The notes beneath the pieces were generated by a model. The model searched no databases and had not been told where the DNA came from. It saw only the letters and a program-made list of their open reading frames with translations. Positions 49,301-56,834 of a stretch of DNA of 64,000 bases are shown here, piece after piece. The translations under genes and the position numbers were made by a program. Every line of letters begins with the position of its first letter. The first letter of the stretch is position 1. Source of the DNA: Methanobacteriota archaeon (GTDB taxonomy: Archaea; Thermoplasmatota; Thermoplasmata; SG8-5; DAIRED01); contig JAZDNO010000002.1 of NCBI GenBank assembly GCA_043799545.1, forward strand, positions 42,269 to 106,268, read 5' to 3'.

Positions 49301-49583
49301 GGACACGGACAACGACGGCCTGGACAACGCCGTCGACCCCGACGACGACAACGACGACGTGCTGGACGTGGACGATACAGACCCCATTGATTCCGAAACC
49401 GGCGAGGAGACGAGCGAGCCCTCTTTCGTCGAGGACTACTGGTGGATTTTCATTGTCATAGCATTGGTGGCAGTGATAGTCCTCCAGTTCATCATGGGAC
49501 GGAAGAAACCCGAGCCAGCGGTACCTGAGGCCGAGACGAAGCTGGCCGAGCCAGAGGAGATGGACGACGAAGGCAAGCAGTAA
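43359..49583 (+). CDS. Large surface protein: beta-helix repeats, PKD domains, Ig-like domain, TSP3-like Ca-binding repeats, TM anchor
   Basis: 2074 aa with signal peptide, about six PKD motifs (F.G..S.D.DG.I..Y.WNFGD...H.Y...G.YTVTLTVTD), DTDxDG repeats and a C-terminal TM. Confidence 0.9.
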   Translation: MAKIPERSAIASITLVCMMLASTFTVMAGSPAPPDDGVDGLQYIDGDWIVSGAESYTDEIIVLSGNLTIQGAGSLTLTNTTIQMNCTYGREYGITVMSGGALFLYDGGDGFTPMEAGDSDPSVISVYDNNYHTFMIVETNAVFESDMSIIEYVGTLGQAGYVRSGATAEINLGEWQGVSNGEFRITIDGVAQDISGLDFTTIGSLTDVADIITGGIQAADTTQGYINADCDWDGSRFIIYSGTYADNIGSPDSTVAPLQAHSAPTGTDISGLTASTFGLYLDLAANALSVPMLSPEMQGTCFQSDNVQISESLIQYNGHGLIFDSCIPTVLSYNNISDNDGFGLGIVNIADPGFDATGALSDNNVVLNSEQGVYVNADSVDLDFSFLNVSENSYGITVIANRTIDMTVLDCTIWRNDGSTDQDNASLYVWTPPTGNISLTVESSVIAENNCGGVWVGTSYTNPDISSANVLASFVGNRIFGNQGGNRYNAMDDLDLTMRQNYLGGSDYYDEGGRYIIGFNTQGSGNAPCDNVTLNLIGNELNYGMPWNGWSITHAFRVIADNIVDVNISDNKVRGAYELYGLFIIGDSYDQYYPQVINAQVWNNDVVLLDDTSNNAEIRHVFFFNALRNIDIEFMNNYYFTSIRGYFWTNWNKGGHLWIGGADFCNATIQGNTMILKPIDSSTDWSSSAYHGPMYVWANLELNVDVVDNFIDVHELADDSYDAPYFIMFGGDEGFWDELCQNVTLNFVDNTVRETIYGGGEAGIGMIRVLADDQLDCNFTGNDLTFNHVASYGSTAELEGMVKLGGWSNTEAEDVNLIFNGNNLQGNFGEDVDAGGALRVVANNNITADLNDNVIQGWWGYSPDDEDNAEDFGVRIGYICPNDGITSENTVVTMRNNVIGPGGVGSALAVVANNNVTFSFDGGEVQGAFYGDCGGTGSFGNEITYGNGIMLLAENCLTADIKDANIHDNRGAGIFIESVNDATVEISNSFVHDNYWDGIRLVSQDGWLDASSSITETEVSDNCDDRNGDFGSNGWGLYAYHASVYLENCTFDNTYSPFEFYCEGLSDVETLNTTFDKDLVYLGDATDGTLYSGPHIENDWTQWAALTDASFNITIDGVSTDITVDINAAAPATMDGVAAAIEAAIQAAVPTNQGFMNCQVSWSLTYFYIVSGTNGMLSEVQPLLPHSLGSGTDISGATASVTADTYWLDCDANESVVELGYSDNLLVQWFMHVKAVQQSSGVGLPLTDITVRDASNNIVGTGTTGLDGYARWFVVGEYFQATTLGTADYRSYYTPHDVYGIKGLANGQTLGTVMDASQEVWVYLDYVTLPPNANAGADQTVDEDASMTFNGTLSTDDWAIVTYEWTFNDGAPQTLYGEEPTYTFIQPGVYTVTLTVTDYEGFFDTDTVVITVNDVTPPTANAGPDQTVNEGANVLFAGSGTDNVAVTNYTWTFTHNAILQTLYETGPSFVFAIPGAYLVTLTTSDAAGLTATDTMWVTVADIALPVPVAGAGQTVGEGTTVTLDGSASTDNVGIAGYRWTFNDGANDVVALAPTLDHTFTILGNYTATLMVWDAAGNFANGTTYINVVDVTAPSVLVVAPGDSLIDVPLDWELIIVFTEPMNTALVEAAFSINGTTVGSFTWDATDTYVTIAFDDILIINTTYDFGIAANATDKAGNAITAAYADSFTTIVGVKPFANAGSDVSARVNASIAFDATDSYDPDGAILSYLWQFGYGANGTGATVSHAFTSPGAYVVTLTVTDNDGLTSTDTLKVRVVADMIPIAIAGPGLIARMDTPVDFDGSDSYDEDGTIASYAWNFGDNSTGTGATQTHTYASAGTFTVTLTVTDNDGHTATDTLTATIFAGKAPYAVANSNITAMANTAVSFDGSASHDVDGTIVSYSWNFGDGSADVLGMTATHTYTTVGTYTVTLTVTDNDGKSSTDTLVVTVADSIDTDGDGIVDAFDTDSDGDSIPDVSDSMPLDTDNDGLDNAVDPDDDNDDVLDVDDTDPIDSETGEETSEPSFVEDYWWIFIVIALVAVIVLQFIMGRKKPEPAVPEAETKLAEPEEMDDEGKQ

Positions 49584-49713
49584 GCCATCATGGAAAAAAC
49601 CTTTTCACATTTCTTCTTTTATATCAATTCCGCAGATGTTCCACAGCGGGTGCGCCCCTCGAAGCATTTATATCCGTGAACGCATACCTCGAAAGAGACG
49701 GAGGCGAGGGCAC

Positions 49714-50064
49714 ATGGTAGAGACAAGGGAGGCGCAGCGCAACAGGGCAATGAAGTACGACCCGGCCGGGTTCTTTTTGATTTACCTGGACATCGAGAGG
49801 GACGAGATTGTCGCCGAGCATTACCTGAACGTCACGAAGGACAAGGACGCCCCCGCCACTGGAAAGCTGGCCCAGGTCATCACCGGCACGAGCGCCGAGG
49901 CCATCTGCCACACGATTTCGCGCATGGGCCTCATCACCAGGCCAGAGCATTCCACTTATGTCGGGCGAGAGCTGCAGAAGGCGGACATCGCCCTCAGCGA
50001 GGGCATCAAGTACACGCAGGACGAGCCGCTCGATTTCATGGCGCGCCGCAAGCGCTCGAAGTGA
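49714..50064 (+). CDS. DUF4346-domain protein
   Basis: YDPAGFFLI..IVAEHY..ITGTSAEAI..EHSTYVGRELQKA..YTQD; start moved to ATG 49714. Confidence 0.8.
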   Translation: MVETREAQRNRAMKYDPAGFFLIYLDIERDEIVAEHYLNVTKDKDAPATGKLAQVITGTSAEAICHTISRMGLITRPEHSTYVGRELQKADIALSEGIKYTQDEPLDFMARRKRSK

Positions 50065-51344
50065 GCAGTGACAACATGCCCAGAAACGAGCTGACCAGGA
50101 AGGTTTACGAGATAATGGAGCGGGAGATGCAGGACATCGGCCCGTTCATCGTGAGGAAGCAGTGCCTGCAGATACACGTGGACCCGGAGAACATCGAGCC
50201 AGCGAACCTTGCGCAGCTGGCCGCGAACCTCTCGGAGGTCATGGTGCTTTTCGGGGGCCATGAGAAGGCCAGGAAGATATACTCCGAGCTCAGGAAGCTC
50301 AAGGACCTGGACCTCCTGGTCAAGGAGGAGACCAGCGAGGGGACGAAGCTCAAGATGACGGAGGAGCTGGGAAAGGGCAGCCTCTTCGCCGGCGACTGGC
50401 CCAAGGCAAAGGAATATTTCGAGCAGCTTCTCGCGGACGCCAACGCCAGGAAGGACCAGCTCGCCAAAACTCGGTACATGAAATGGCTCGGGACGGTGCA
50501 CCAGGAGCAGGGCGAGTTCGACCAGGCGCTCCAGAGGTTCGAGGCCGCGCTCGCCATCGCCAAAGGCTTGTCGAACAAGGCGGAGCTGGCCAATTGCTAC
50601 AATTCCATAGGCGACGTGCGCTGGTACAAGGGCGACCACGCGAAGGCCATCGACGCCTACAGGCTGGCCGCCAGCGACGCGGAGTCCGCGGGTTTCCTGA
50701 TCGGCGTGGGAATCGCGCACGTTGGCATAGGCAACGTCCTGGCCGACAGGCACGAGCTCGACGAATCCATCAAGAGCTACCTGACCGCGCTCGAACGCCT
50801 CAAGTACACCGAGGAGTTCCAGCAGATAGCCAGGGCGTACAACAACCTCGGCGACACGTACAGGCAGAAGAAGAACTGGGACGATGCGCTGAAGTGCTTC
50901 GGCAAGAGCGAGGAGTACGGCGATAAAGGCGGCTGGCTCAACATGGTCGCGTGGGCCAGGTTCAACTCCGCGATGGTGCTGGTCGACAAGGGCTCCCTGC
51001 CGGAGGCGGAGGGGCTGCTCAGGAAAAGCGAGGCGTCGCTCGTCCAGATAGGCGACAGGACCGGGCTGGCCGGGGCCAAGCACGTGTGGGGGAAGCTCTA
51101 CGCGGCGAAGGGTGATGCGGCCCAGATGGACCGCGCGTACACCGAGGCCATCGAGAGGTACCGGGTGCTCAAGACGCCGTTCAGCGAGGCGGAATGCCAC
51201 AACGAGTTGGGCATGGCGCACAAGAAGCTGGGCAACCGCACAAAGGCTCTGGACCACCTCAGGATGGCGGCCGTGATTTACACAGACTTGAAGCTCGACA
51301 AATGGGCCAAGGTCGCGGTCAAGGAAATAGAATCGATGGGATGA
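50061..51344 (+). CDS. Tetratricopeptide-repeat protein
   Basis: GTG start overlapping the upstream stop; repeated A..YN.LG..Y...G.Y..A TPR units. Confidence 0.88.
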   Translation: MSSDNMPRNELTRKVYEIMEREMQDIGPFIVRKQCLQIHVDPENIEPANLAQLAANLSEVMVLFGGHEKARKIYSELRKLKDLDLLVKEETSEGTKLKMTEELGKGSLFAGDWPKAKEYFEQLLADANARKDQLAKTRYMKWLGTVHQEQGEFDQALQRFEAALAIAKGLSNKAELANCYNSIGDVRWYKGDHAKAIDAYRLAASDAESAGFLIGVGIAHVGIGNVLADRHELDESIKSYLTALERLKYTEEFQQIARAYNNLGDTYRQKKNWDDALKCFGKSEEYGDKGGWLNMVAWARFNSAMVLVDKGSLPEAEGLLRKSEASLVQIGDRTGLAGAKHVWGKLYAAKGDAAQMDRAYTEAIERYRVLKTPFSEAECHNELGMAHKKLGNRTKALDHLRMAAVIYTDLKLDKWAKVAVKEIESMG

Positions 51345-51829
51345 TGCCAGTGCCGAACGATGCCAAGCGCCGTTTCATGGCGCTCGCGATAGACCAATCC
51401 CGGGAGGGCGTGCGCGAAGGCCAGACCCCTTTCGGGGCGTGCATTGTCAAGGACGGCGAGGTCGTAAGTTGCGCCCACAACAATGTTTGGGCCAGCACGG
51501 ACATCACGGCTCACGCCGAAATCGTCGCGATACGGGGGGCGTGCGCGAAGCTGGGAACGATTGACTTGTCCGGGTGCGACATCTACTCGACCACGGAGCC
51601 GTGCCCGATGTGCTTCAGCGCCATCCACTGGGCCAGAATCGGAGAAGTGGTTTTCGGGGCGTCCATAGCCGACGCAAAGGCGTATGGTTTCCACGAACTG
51701 CCAATATCGAACGAGGCGATGAAGGAGACGGGAAAAAGCCCCATAAAAATCACACGGGGATTCATGGCGAGGGAAGCGCTGGATGTTTTCGCGGAATGGG
51801 CGAAGAGCAAGGAAAAAAGGACGTATTGA
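51341..51829 (+). CDS. Zinc-dependent nucleoside/guanine deaminase (CDA/TadA superfamily)
   Basis: PFGACIV, TAHAEIVAIR and STTEPCPMC motifs; ATGA overlap at 51341. Confidence 0.92.
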   Translation: MMPVPNDAKRRFMALAIDQSREGVREGQTPFGACIVKDGEVVSCAHNNVWASTDITAHAEIVAIRGACAKLGTIDLSGCDIYSTTEPCPMCFSAIHWARIGEVVFGASIADAKAYGFHELPISNEAMKETGKSPIKITRGFMAREALDVFAEWAKSKEKRTY

Positions 51830-51993
51830 GCCAAAATCGGCCGAGCGAGCAGGCTTGGTCTGAGTTTCTTTGCTCCAAATGCTTTCTTTGCGAAGACCAA
51901 GCCAGCGCAGCGAGGCTCAAAGAAAGCGTTTGCGGGGAAGCGCTGGATGTTTTCGCGGAATGGGCGAAGAGCAAGGATAAGAGAACTTATTGA
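51771..51993. repeat. Direct repeat of the deaminase 3' end flanking a palindromic insert
   Basis: 43 identical bp at 51771-51813 and 51935-51977, followed by mostly synonymous variants to the stop codon. Confidence 0.9.
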
Positions 51994-52121
51994 AGATGGC
52001 CGCGGTTTGCATACTAGTATAAAAATATTCAAATCTCTTGCCATTTTAGTAAACTCGTAAGTATATACCAACTGATAAGCTAATATCCACCTTATGACTA
52101 TTACCTTCTTCAAAGTCAAAG

Positions 52122-55100
52122 ATGGTGCATATGGCCAAACGAAAAGGCAAGAAGAAAAGGCCGGTTCGGGGGGAAGAGGAGTTCTTCATCGTAGATGTTC
52201 CCGGCCAGTCCGCCGAGAATGGTTCGCCCAGCAGCGACAAGGTGGAGGCGGACCTCGACGCGCTGGAAGAGATGGCTTCGGACCCGGATTCGCTTGAAGG
52301 GTTGATGGACCAGCTGGTCGAAGAGGTCAGGAGCGCGTACCCGGAGCCGGAGGCGCCAATCGTCTCGGACGGTTCCGAGTACGGCACCCAAGGCGAGGCC
52401 TATGACGACGATATCGTTTTAAAGACCCTGATCGAACTGGAGGGGGCGTACATCCAGGAGGTCGGCGGCTCCGAACAAGGGGAGCGCCCCGAAACCGCGA
52501 GCCTCACCAACGCCTCGCCAGAAGAGATGCGAAGCGAGGAGGAGCTCGAGGATGAAGCGGACGCATCCTCAGGCTACCGAGGAAAGGGCCTGACCAACGG
52601 TGTGAGGGGGCGCAGGAACGGTTTCACCAACGGCCGCGGACGCACGAACGGACTCACCAACGGCGTCAGAGGCCGGACCAATGGCCTGACCAACGGAACC
52701 GGCCGCACAAATGGCCGGGGAAGGACGAACGGCCTGACCAACGGTTCCGGTTACGGGCGCACGAACGGGCTTACCAACGGTGTCCGGGGGCGCACGAACG
52801 GCTTGACCAACGGGACCGGCCGCACAAACGGTTTCACCAACGGCTGGGGAAGGACAAACGGGTTGACGAACGGCGTGCACGCCGGCCACACGAACGGGTT
52901 GATAAACGGGACCGCTGGCCTGACCAACGGCTTGAGCCGCCCGCGCTTTGTGGGAGACCGCAGGCCCAAGAAGCGGTTGAAGAAAAAGCACAGGTACATC
53001 GTCACGATCGCACTTGTAATCGTTTGCATACTGATGCTTCCGGTTCTTTACGTTCTGATAGTGCCAGAGACGGAGCAGCAGCGACTTATCGAGGTCGACG
53101 GCGCTTTCGAAGATTGGGGGAAGGTGACCCTGTACGACGAGTCGTTGTCCATAGCCGACCCGGGCCTGGACATAATCGATTTCTCCATAGCGGCTGACCC
53201 GGACACGGTTTACGGCTACATCAGGACCCGCGGGGACATCATGGCCAGACCGCAGATAGACAGATTCTACGTCTTCATCGATTCGGATTCGAATCCCGCC
53301 ACGGGCTACTCCATGGAGGGCCTGGGTGCGGACTACGTTGTCGAGGCCAACGGCTGGAACGGAAGCGAGTTCTCGGTCGTGTCCCAGTCTTTCACCGGCG
53401 GCGACCAGCTCAACTGGAGCGCGTTCGGGAATCCGAGGAGCGGGTACCTCAAAACCTCGGGAGCCAGAGTGGAGTTCGGTGTGAACCTCGATACGACGCT
53501 GACGCCCGGCGCATTCAGGGCGAAGTTCGCCAGCGCATCGACCGGAGGCGCGGGCAAGGTATGCGCCCCCACAATCGACGGCCTGAACGGCGCGCTCGTG
53601 ATTCGCCAGATTCCCCAGGACACGAACGGCATCGTCAACTCGGGCGGCCTGATGACCCTCGACGTCAGGGCCACGGGCAAGGATGTGAGCCTGAACGGCA
53701 TCCATATGGAAAGCCTCGGCGCAACGCCTGCGACGGTTGCCGGGCTGGAGTCCGCCATCCTGATGCAAGAGGGAGAGAGCGCCCTGCTCACAGTGAACGG
53801 GAACCTTGTGGGCCTTGCGGCTGGAACGCACGTGAAATCCGAGGTGGGTTCCGTGGATGCTACGGGCACGTATTCCGTTATCGGCTCAGAGCTTACGGCC
53901 TACGCCTACTCCCCGCCATCCCAAATCAAGATAGACGGGGCGTTCGCAGACTGGAACTCCGTAACCAAGGTCTCCGACCCACTGGGAGACTCGCGCATCC
54001 CCAACCTGGACATCCTGGAACAGGCCGGAACGACGGGGCCAGGCAACCTTTACGCCTACGTGAGATTCAACTCCGACGGGCGTCCCTTGGAAGGGGCGTT
54101 CTCCCCCGTGTCGAAGGTGAGGTCTGCGCCATCGGCGCCGTCCACGCCGACCAACGGAACCACCAACGGCACGACGAACGGTACGACGCCAGTGGCTCCG
54201 GTTTACATCCCGCGCCGCACGGGCGAGGACGTCACGCGAATTTACATCGACTCGGTCCAAGGGGGCGAACTGGTCGGCGGCATCAGCGCCGACTATTGCA
54301 TGGAAATAAAGGGCTACGGGGGTAAGGTCACCTCGAAGCTGTTGTACCGATATCCAGGTAAGACGCTTGTCGGAGAGGTGTCGGCTGAGACGGGCGGCTC
54401 CATGCTTGAGGCCGGCGTGCCGTTCTCCATGGCCGGGAACCCTACGGGGACTGCTCGGCTATACATAGAGACGACGGACTGGCAGGGGGTCTCCGATGAC
54501 TCGGACGCGTTCAATGTACAAACGTTGGCTTCACAAACGAAGGGTGATACAAGCCATGAAATTTTTGATTCGGGTGGACAGAGTGGCATCGAAACATGGC
54601 CAGCCGTTTATGGATTTGAGGGCATGGTATACCTCACAGATGGCGCAACACCCCTTGATGGGGAAACTGTGGCGAGCTTCGATATAATGATTTGCGTGGA
54701 CCAGGATGGCGACTCGACTGTTTGGAACCCGAGCACAATGACGCCAGCTGGCGAAAACATCTTCTGCTACAGCGACAAAAACATGAACAGCTACGGGGCG
54801 ATTGACGATTCATATATGCCAGGTTATGCATATTACGCTAACACATTCCAGACTGGACGGCCTGGTAGTGTCGGCGATATGTTTAGGGTCTGGGTCAATG
54901 GCTCGAAGTTCGGAAGCGTGATTTCGCAGGACGGATATGTCGGTGCCCTCGGAGCGACGCCTCAGGCAGATGGAACATATTCTGCAGCCGATTCTACATT
55001 CACGTTCAGTGCCGGCGCGAGCATGTGGTTCGACTTCCAAATTCTCGGACCTCCCACAGCGACTGTCACCAACGTGATACCTTCATCTGTTTCCGGAGAT

Positions 55101-55754
55101 TCGACGCCACAAATCGTCTATACATTCAGCGGCGCCCCTGCCAGCGTGCAGTTATACCATACAGCCAACGGGGGAACTACGTGGACCGCCTGGGACACGG
55201 ACAATACCCCTGGCACATCCCCTAGAACGTTCCAGACGACAACGGCTCTATCACAGGGAACCTACAATTTCATGGCCAAAGCCCCTGGCGAAGCTGCCCC
55301 AAGTGGAGCAGCATCCATTGAATTTGGCCCATGGATTCTCGACCTGACAGCGCCTACCAGCAGCGTGCAACCTGTAACCACGAAGTGGATTTCGTCTAGC
55401 AACCTGCAGCTCAACGTTACCAACGCAGCGGACACCGGAGGTGCGGGGGTGGCGGGCGTCGAGCTGTTCTACAGCTACAACGGAGGGGCCTGGACGAGCT
55501 TCGGGATCGATGCCTCATCCCCATACAATTGGGATTTCAACTGGCCCAACGGCGATGGCTATTATCAATTCTACTCGATAGCCACCGATGCTGCCAATGG
55601 CCAGGCCAATGTCGAAGCGCCGCCGGCAGGAAATGATACGTGGATATACAAGGGACCGGTCGTCATCCCCGAGTTTCCGACATCCTTGGTACCAGTGGCA
55701 TTGATGATAGTGCCAGCTGTTGTTGCGTTGCGAAAAAAAGAAAAGTCGAAGTGA
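52122..55754 (+). CDS. Large membrane protein with TNG repeats and a C-terminal PEF-CTERM sorting signal
   Basis: Acidic N-terminus, (GR)TNG[LF]TNG repeats, basic patch plus TM helix, extracellular domains, and terminal IPEFPTSLVPVALMIVPAVVALRKKEKSK. Confidence 0.85.
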   Translation: MVHMAKRKGKKKRPVRGEEEFFIVDVPGQSAENGSPSSDKVEADLDALEEMASDPDSLEGLMDQLVEEVRSAYPEPEAPIVSDGSEYGTQGEAYDDDIVLKTLIELEGAYIQEVGGSEQGERPETASLTNASPEEMRSEEELEDEADASSGYRGKGLTNGVRGRRNGFTNGRGRTNGLTNGVRGRTNGLTNGTGRTNGRGRTNGLTNGSGYGRTNGLTNGVRGRTNGLTNGTGRTNGFTNGWGRTNGLTNGVHAGHTNGLINGTAGLTNGLSRPRFVGDRRPKKRLKKKHRYIVTIALVIVCILMLPVLYVLIVPETEQQRLIEVDGAFEDWGKVTLYDESLSIADPGLDIIDFSIAADPDTVYGYIRTRGDIMARPQIDRFYVFIDSDSNPATGYSMEGLGADYVVEANGWNGSEFSVVSQSFTGGDQLNWSAFGNPRSGYLKTSGARVEFGVNLDTTLTPGAFRAKFASASTGGAGKVCAPTIDGLNGALVIRQIPQDTNGIVNSGGLMTLDVRATGKDVSLNGIHMESLGATPATVAGLESAILMQEGESALLTVNGNLVGLAAGTHVKSEVGSVDATGTYSVIGSELTAYAYSPPSQIKIDGAFADWNSVTKVSDPLGDSRIPNLDILEQAGTTGPGNLYAYVRFNSDGRPLEGAFSPVSKVRSAPSAPSTPTNGTTNGTTNGTTPVAPVYIPRRTGEDVTRIYIDSVQGGELVGGISADYCMEIKGYGGKVTSKLLYRYPGKTLVGEVSAETGGSMLEAGVPFSMAGNPTGTARLYIETTDWQGVSDDSDAFNVQTLASQTKGDTSHEIFDSGGQSGIETWPAVYGFEGMVYLTDGATPLDGETVASFDIMICVDQDGDSTVWNPSTMTPAGENIFCYSDKNMNSYGAIDDSYMPGYAYYANTFQTGRPGSVGDMFRVWVNGSKFGSVISQDGYVGALGATPQADGTYSAADSTFTFSAGASMWFDFQILGPPTATVTNVIPSSVSGDSTPQIVYTFSGAPASVQLYHTANGGTTWTAWDTDNTPGTSPRTFQTTTALSQGTYNFMAKAPGEAAPSGAASIEFGPWILDLTAPTSSVQPVTTKWISSSNLQLNVTNAADTGGAGVAGVELFYSYNGGAWTSFGIDASSPYNWDFNWPNGDGYYQFYSIATDAANGQANVEAPPAGNDTWIYKGPVVIPEFPTSLVPVALMIVPAVVALRKKEKSK

Positions 55755-55775
55755 TTAACAACGATTTTTCACATC

Positions 55776-56100
55776 GAAGGTCGTACTCGGTCCAGCTCCT
55801 CGTTCGATAAATATCGAAAACCGTTAGTCCTTTACTCCCTTCACCTTCTACTGCCAAAATGGGTTGAGTGCCAGGTGAAGGTCGTACTCGGACGACCCCT
55901 CGCATTTTTACCAGCTCGTCCTTAACGCCCTTCACATTCTGCTGCCAAAATGTATAGTGCCAGGTGAAGGTCGTATCCGGACGACCAGTGCCTACCCCCA
56001 AGTCGTCCTTAACGTCCTTCACCTTCTGTTTACAAAATGATTAAAGCCAGGTGAAGGTCGTAAGCCCCCTTGGCCCGGGCCAGTCGCTCACAAAATGGGT
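55776..56100. repeat. Tandem array of ~87-91-bp structured repeats (3 full plus partial copies)
   Basis: Units start at 55827, 55918 and 56005: gtcctt.ac..ccttcacct-N24/26-aggtgaaggtcgta-N-(gg)acgacc, with about 20-nt variable linkers. Confidence 0.85.
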
Positions 56101-56341
56101 ACAAAACCTTTAAGATTTTTATTTATCTTGTTACGTTAGAATTACATCAATATCTTCTTCTTAATCAAGACAATAGCTGAGTATTCCTGCTCGCATGGGG
56201 ATCTCAATTCCTCGATATGTTCTAACCACCTTCCTGATTTAGAGAGTCTATTCTTCTCAATAATAATGAGTATACTAATTTTACTTTTATCTACTTGAAA
56301 ACGGAATTTTATCTGGCGATAGAGCCAGGAGCATAACAAAA

Positions 56342-56833
56342 ATGTTGTTAAAATATCTAGTATTGGGCATTGTAGGGGCTTTGATGCTGACGGGAGCGTC
56401 TGGATTCGTTCGCGCGGAGACACCAGTCAGCACCATAGAGATGAACGTCTATTGTCACCAAGCGAACGAACGGATATCCATCTTCCTGATATCCATTCAT
56501 CTCACCGATTACCCGACGGAGGCACCGCAGACAAGACTGTTCCTCGCCATACGCAACGATGCACAGGCTGGCGATCCGAGCAAAATAATTCACAGCAAGG
56601 AACTGACGGGCACATGGAAGCACCAGATAAATTCGCAATTGGAGCGAAGGGCTAACAACTCGGAATCGTGGCTGCAACTCTGGCGCGGCGAGATACCCTT
56701 GACGTTCGCAGGCAACCTCACTTTACAAATAGGCTCGTTGGCAGTGACGCTAATCAGACCCAGCCAGATAGAACCCGATGGCACATCACCCATAGTCATA
56801 GAAATAAGACCGAGCCAAATCGAACCCGATTGA
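56342..56833 (+). CDS. Secreted hypothetical protein
   Basis: 163 aa with signal peptide; C-terminal IRPSQIEPD occurs twice. Confidence 0.6.
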   Translation: MLLKYLVLGIVGALMLTGASGFVRAETPVSTIEMNVYCHQANERISIFLISIHLTDYPTEAPQTRLFLAIRNDAQAGDPSKIIHSKELTGTWKHQINSQLERRANNSESWLQLWRGEIPLTFAGNLTLQIGSLAVTLIRPSQIEPDGTSPIVIEIRPSQIEPD

Positions 56834-56834
56834 T

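Noticed and set aside
55663-56022. 119-aa minus-strand ORF across the repeats
   Set aside because: Repeat units fall in different frames, and the ORF overlaps the PEF-CTERM gene end.
55776-56100. CRISPR array, integron attC, or guanidine-II riboswitch as explanations for the tandem repeats
   Set aside because: Units are about 70 bp and degenerate with about 20-nt linkers and no cas genes in the window; there is no paired RYYYAAC/GTTRRRY; the ACGA loops have only 2-bp stems.
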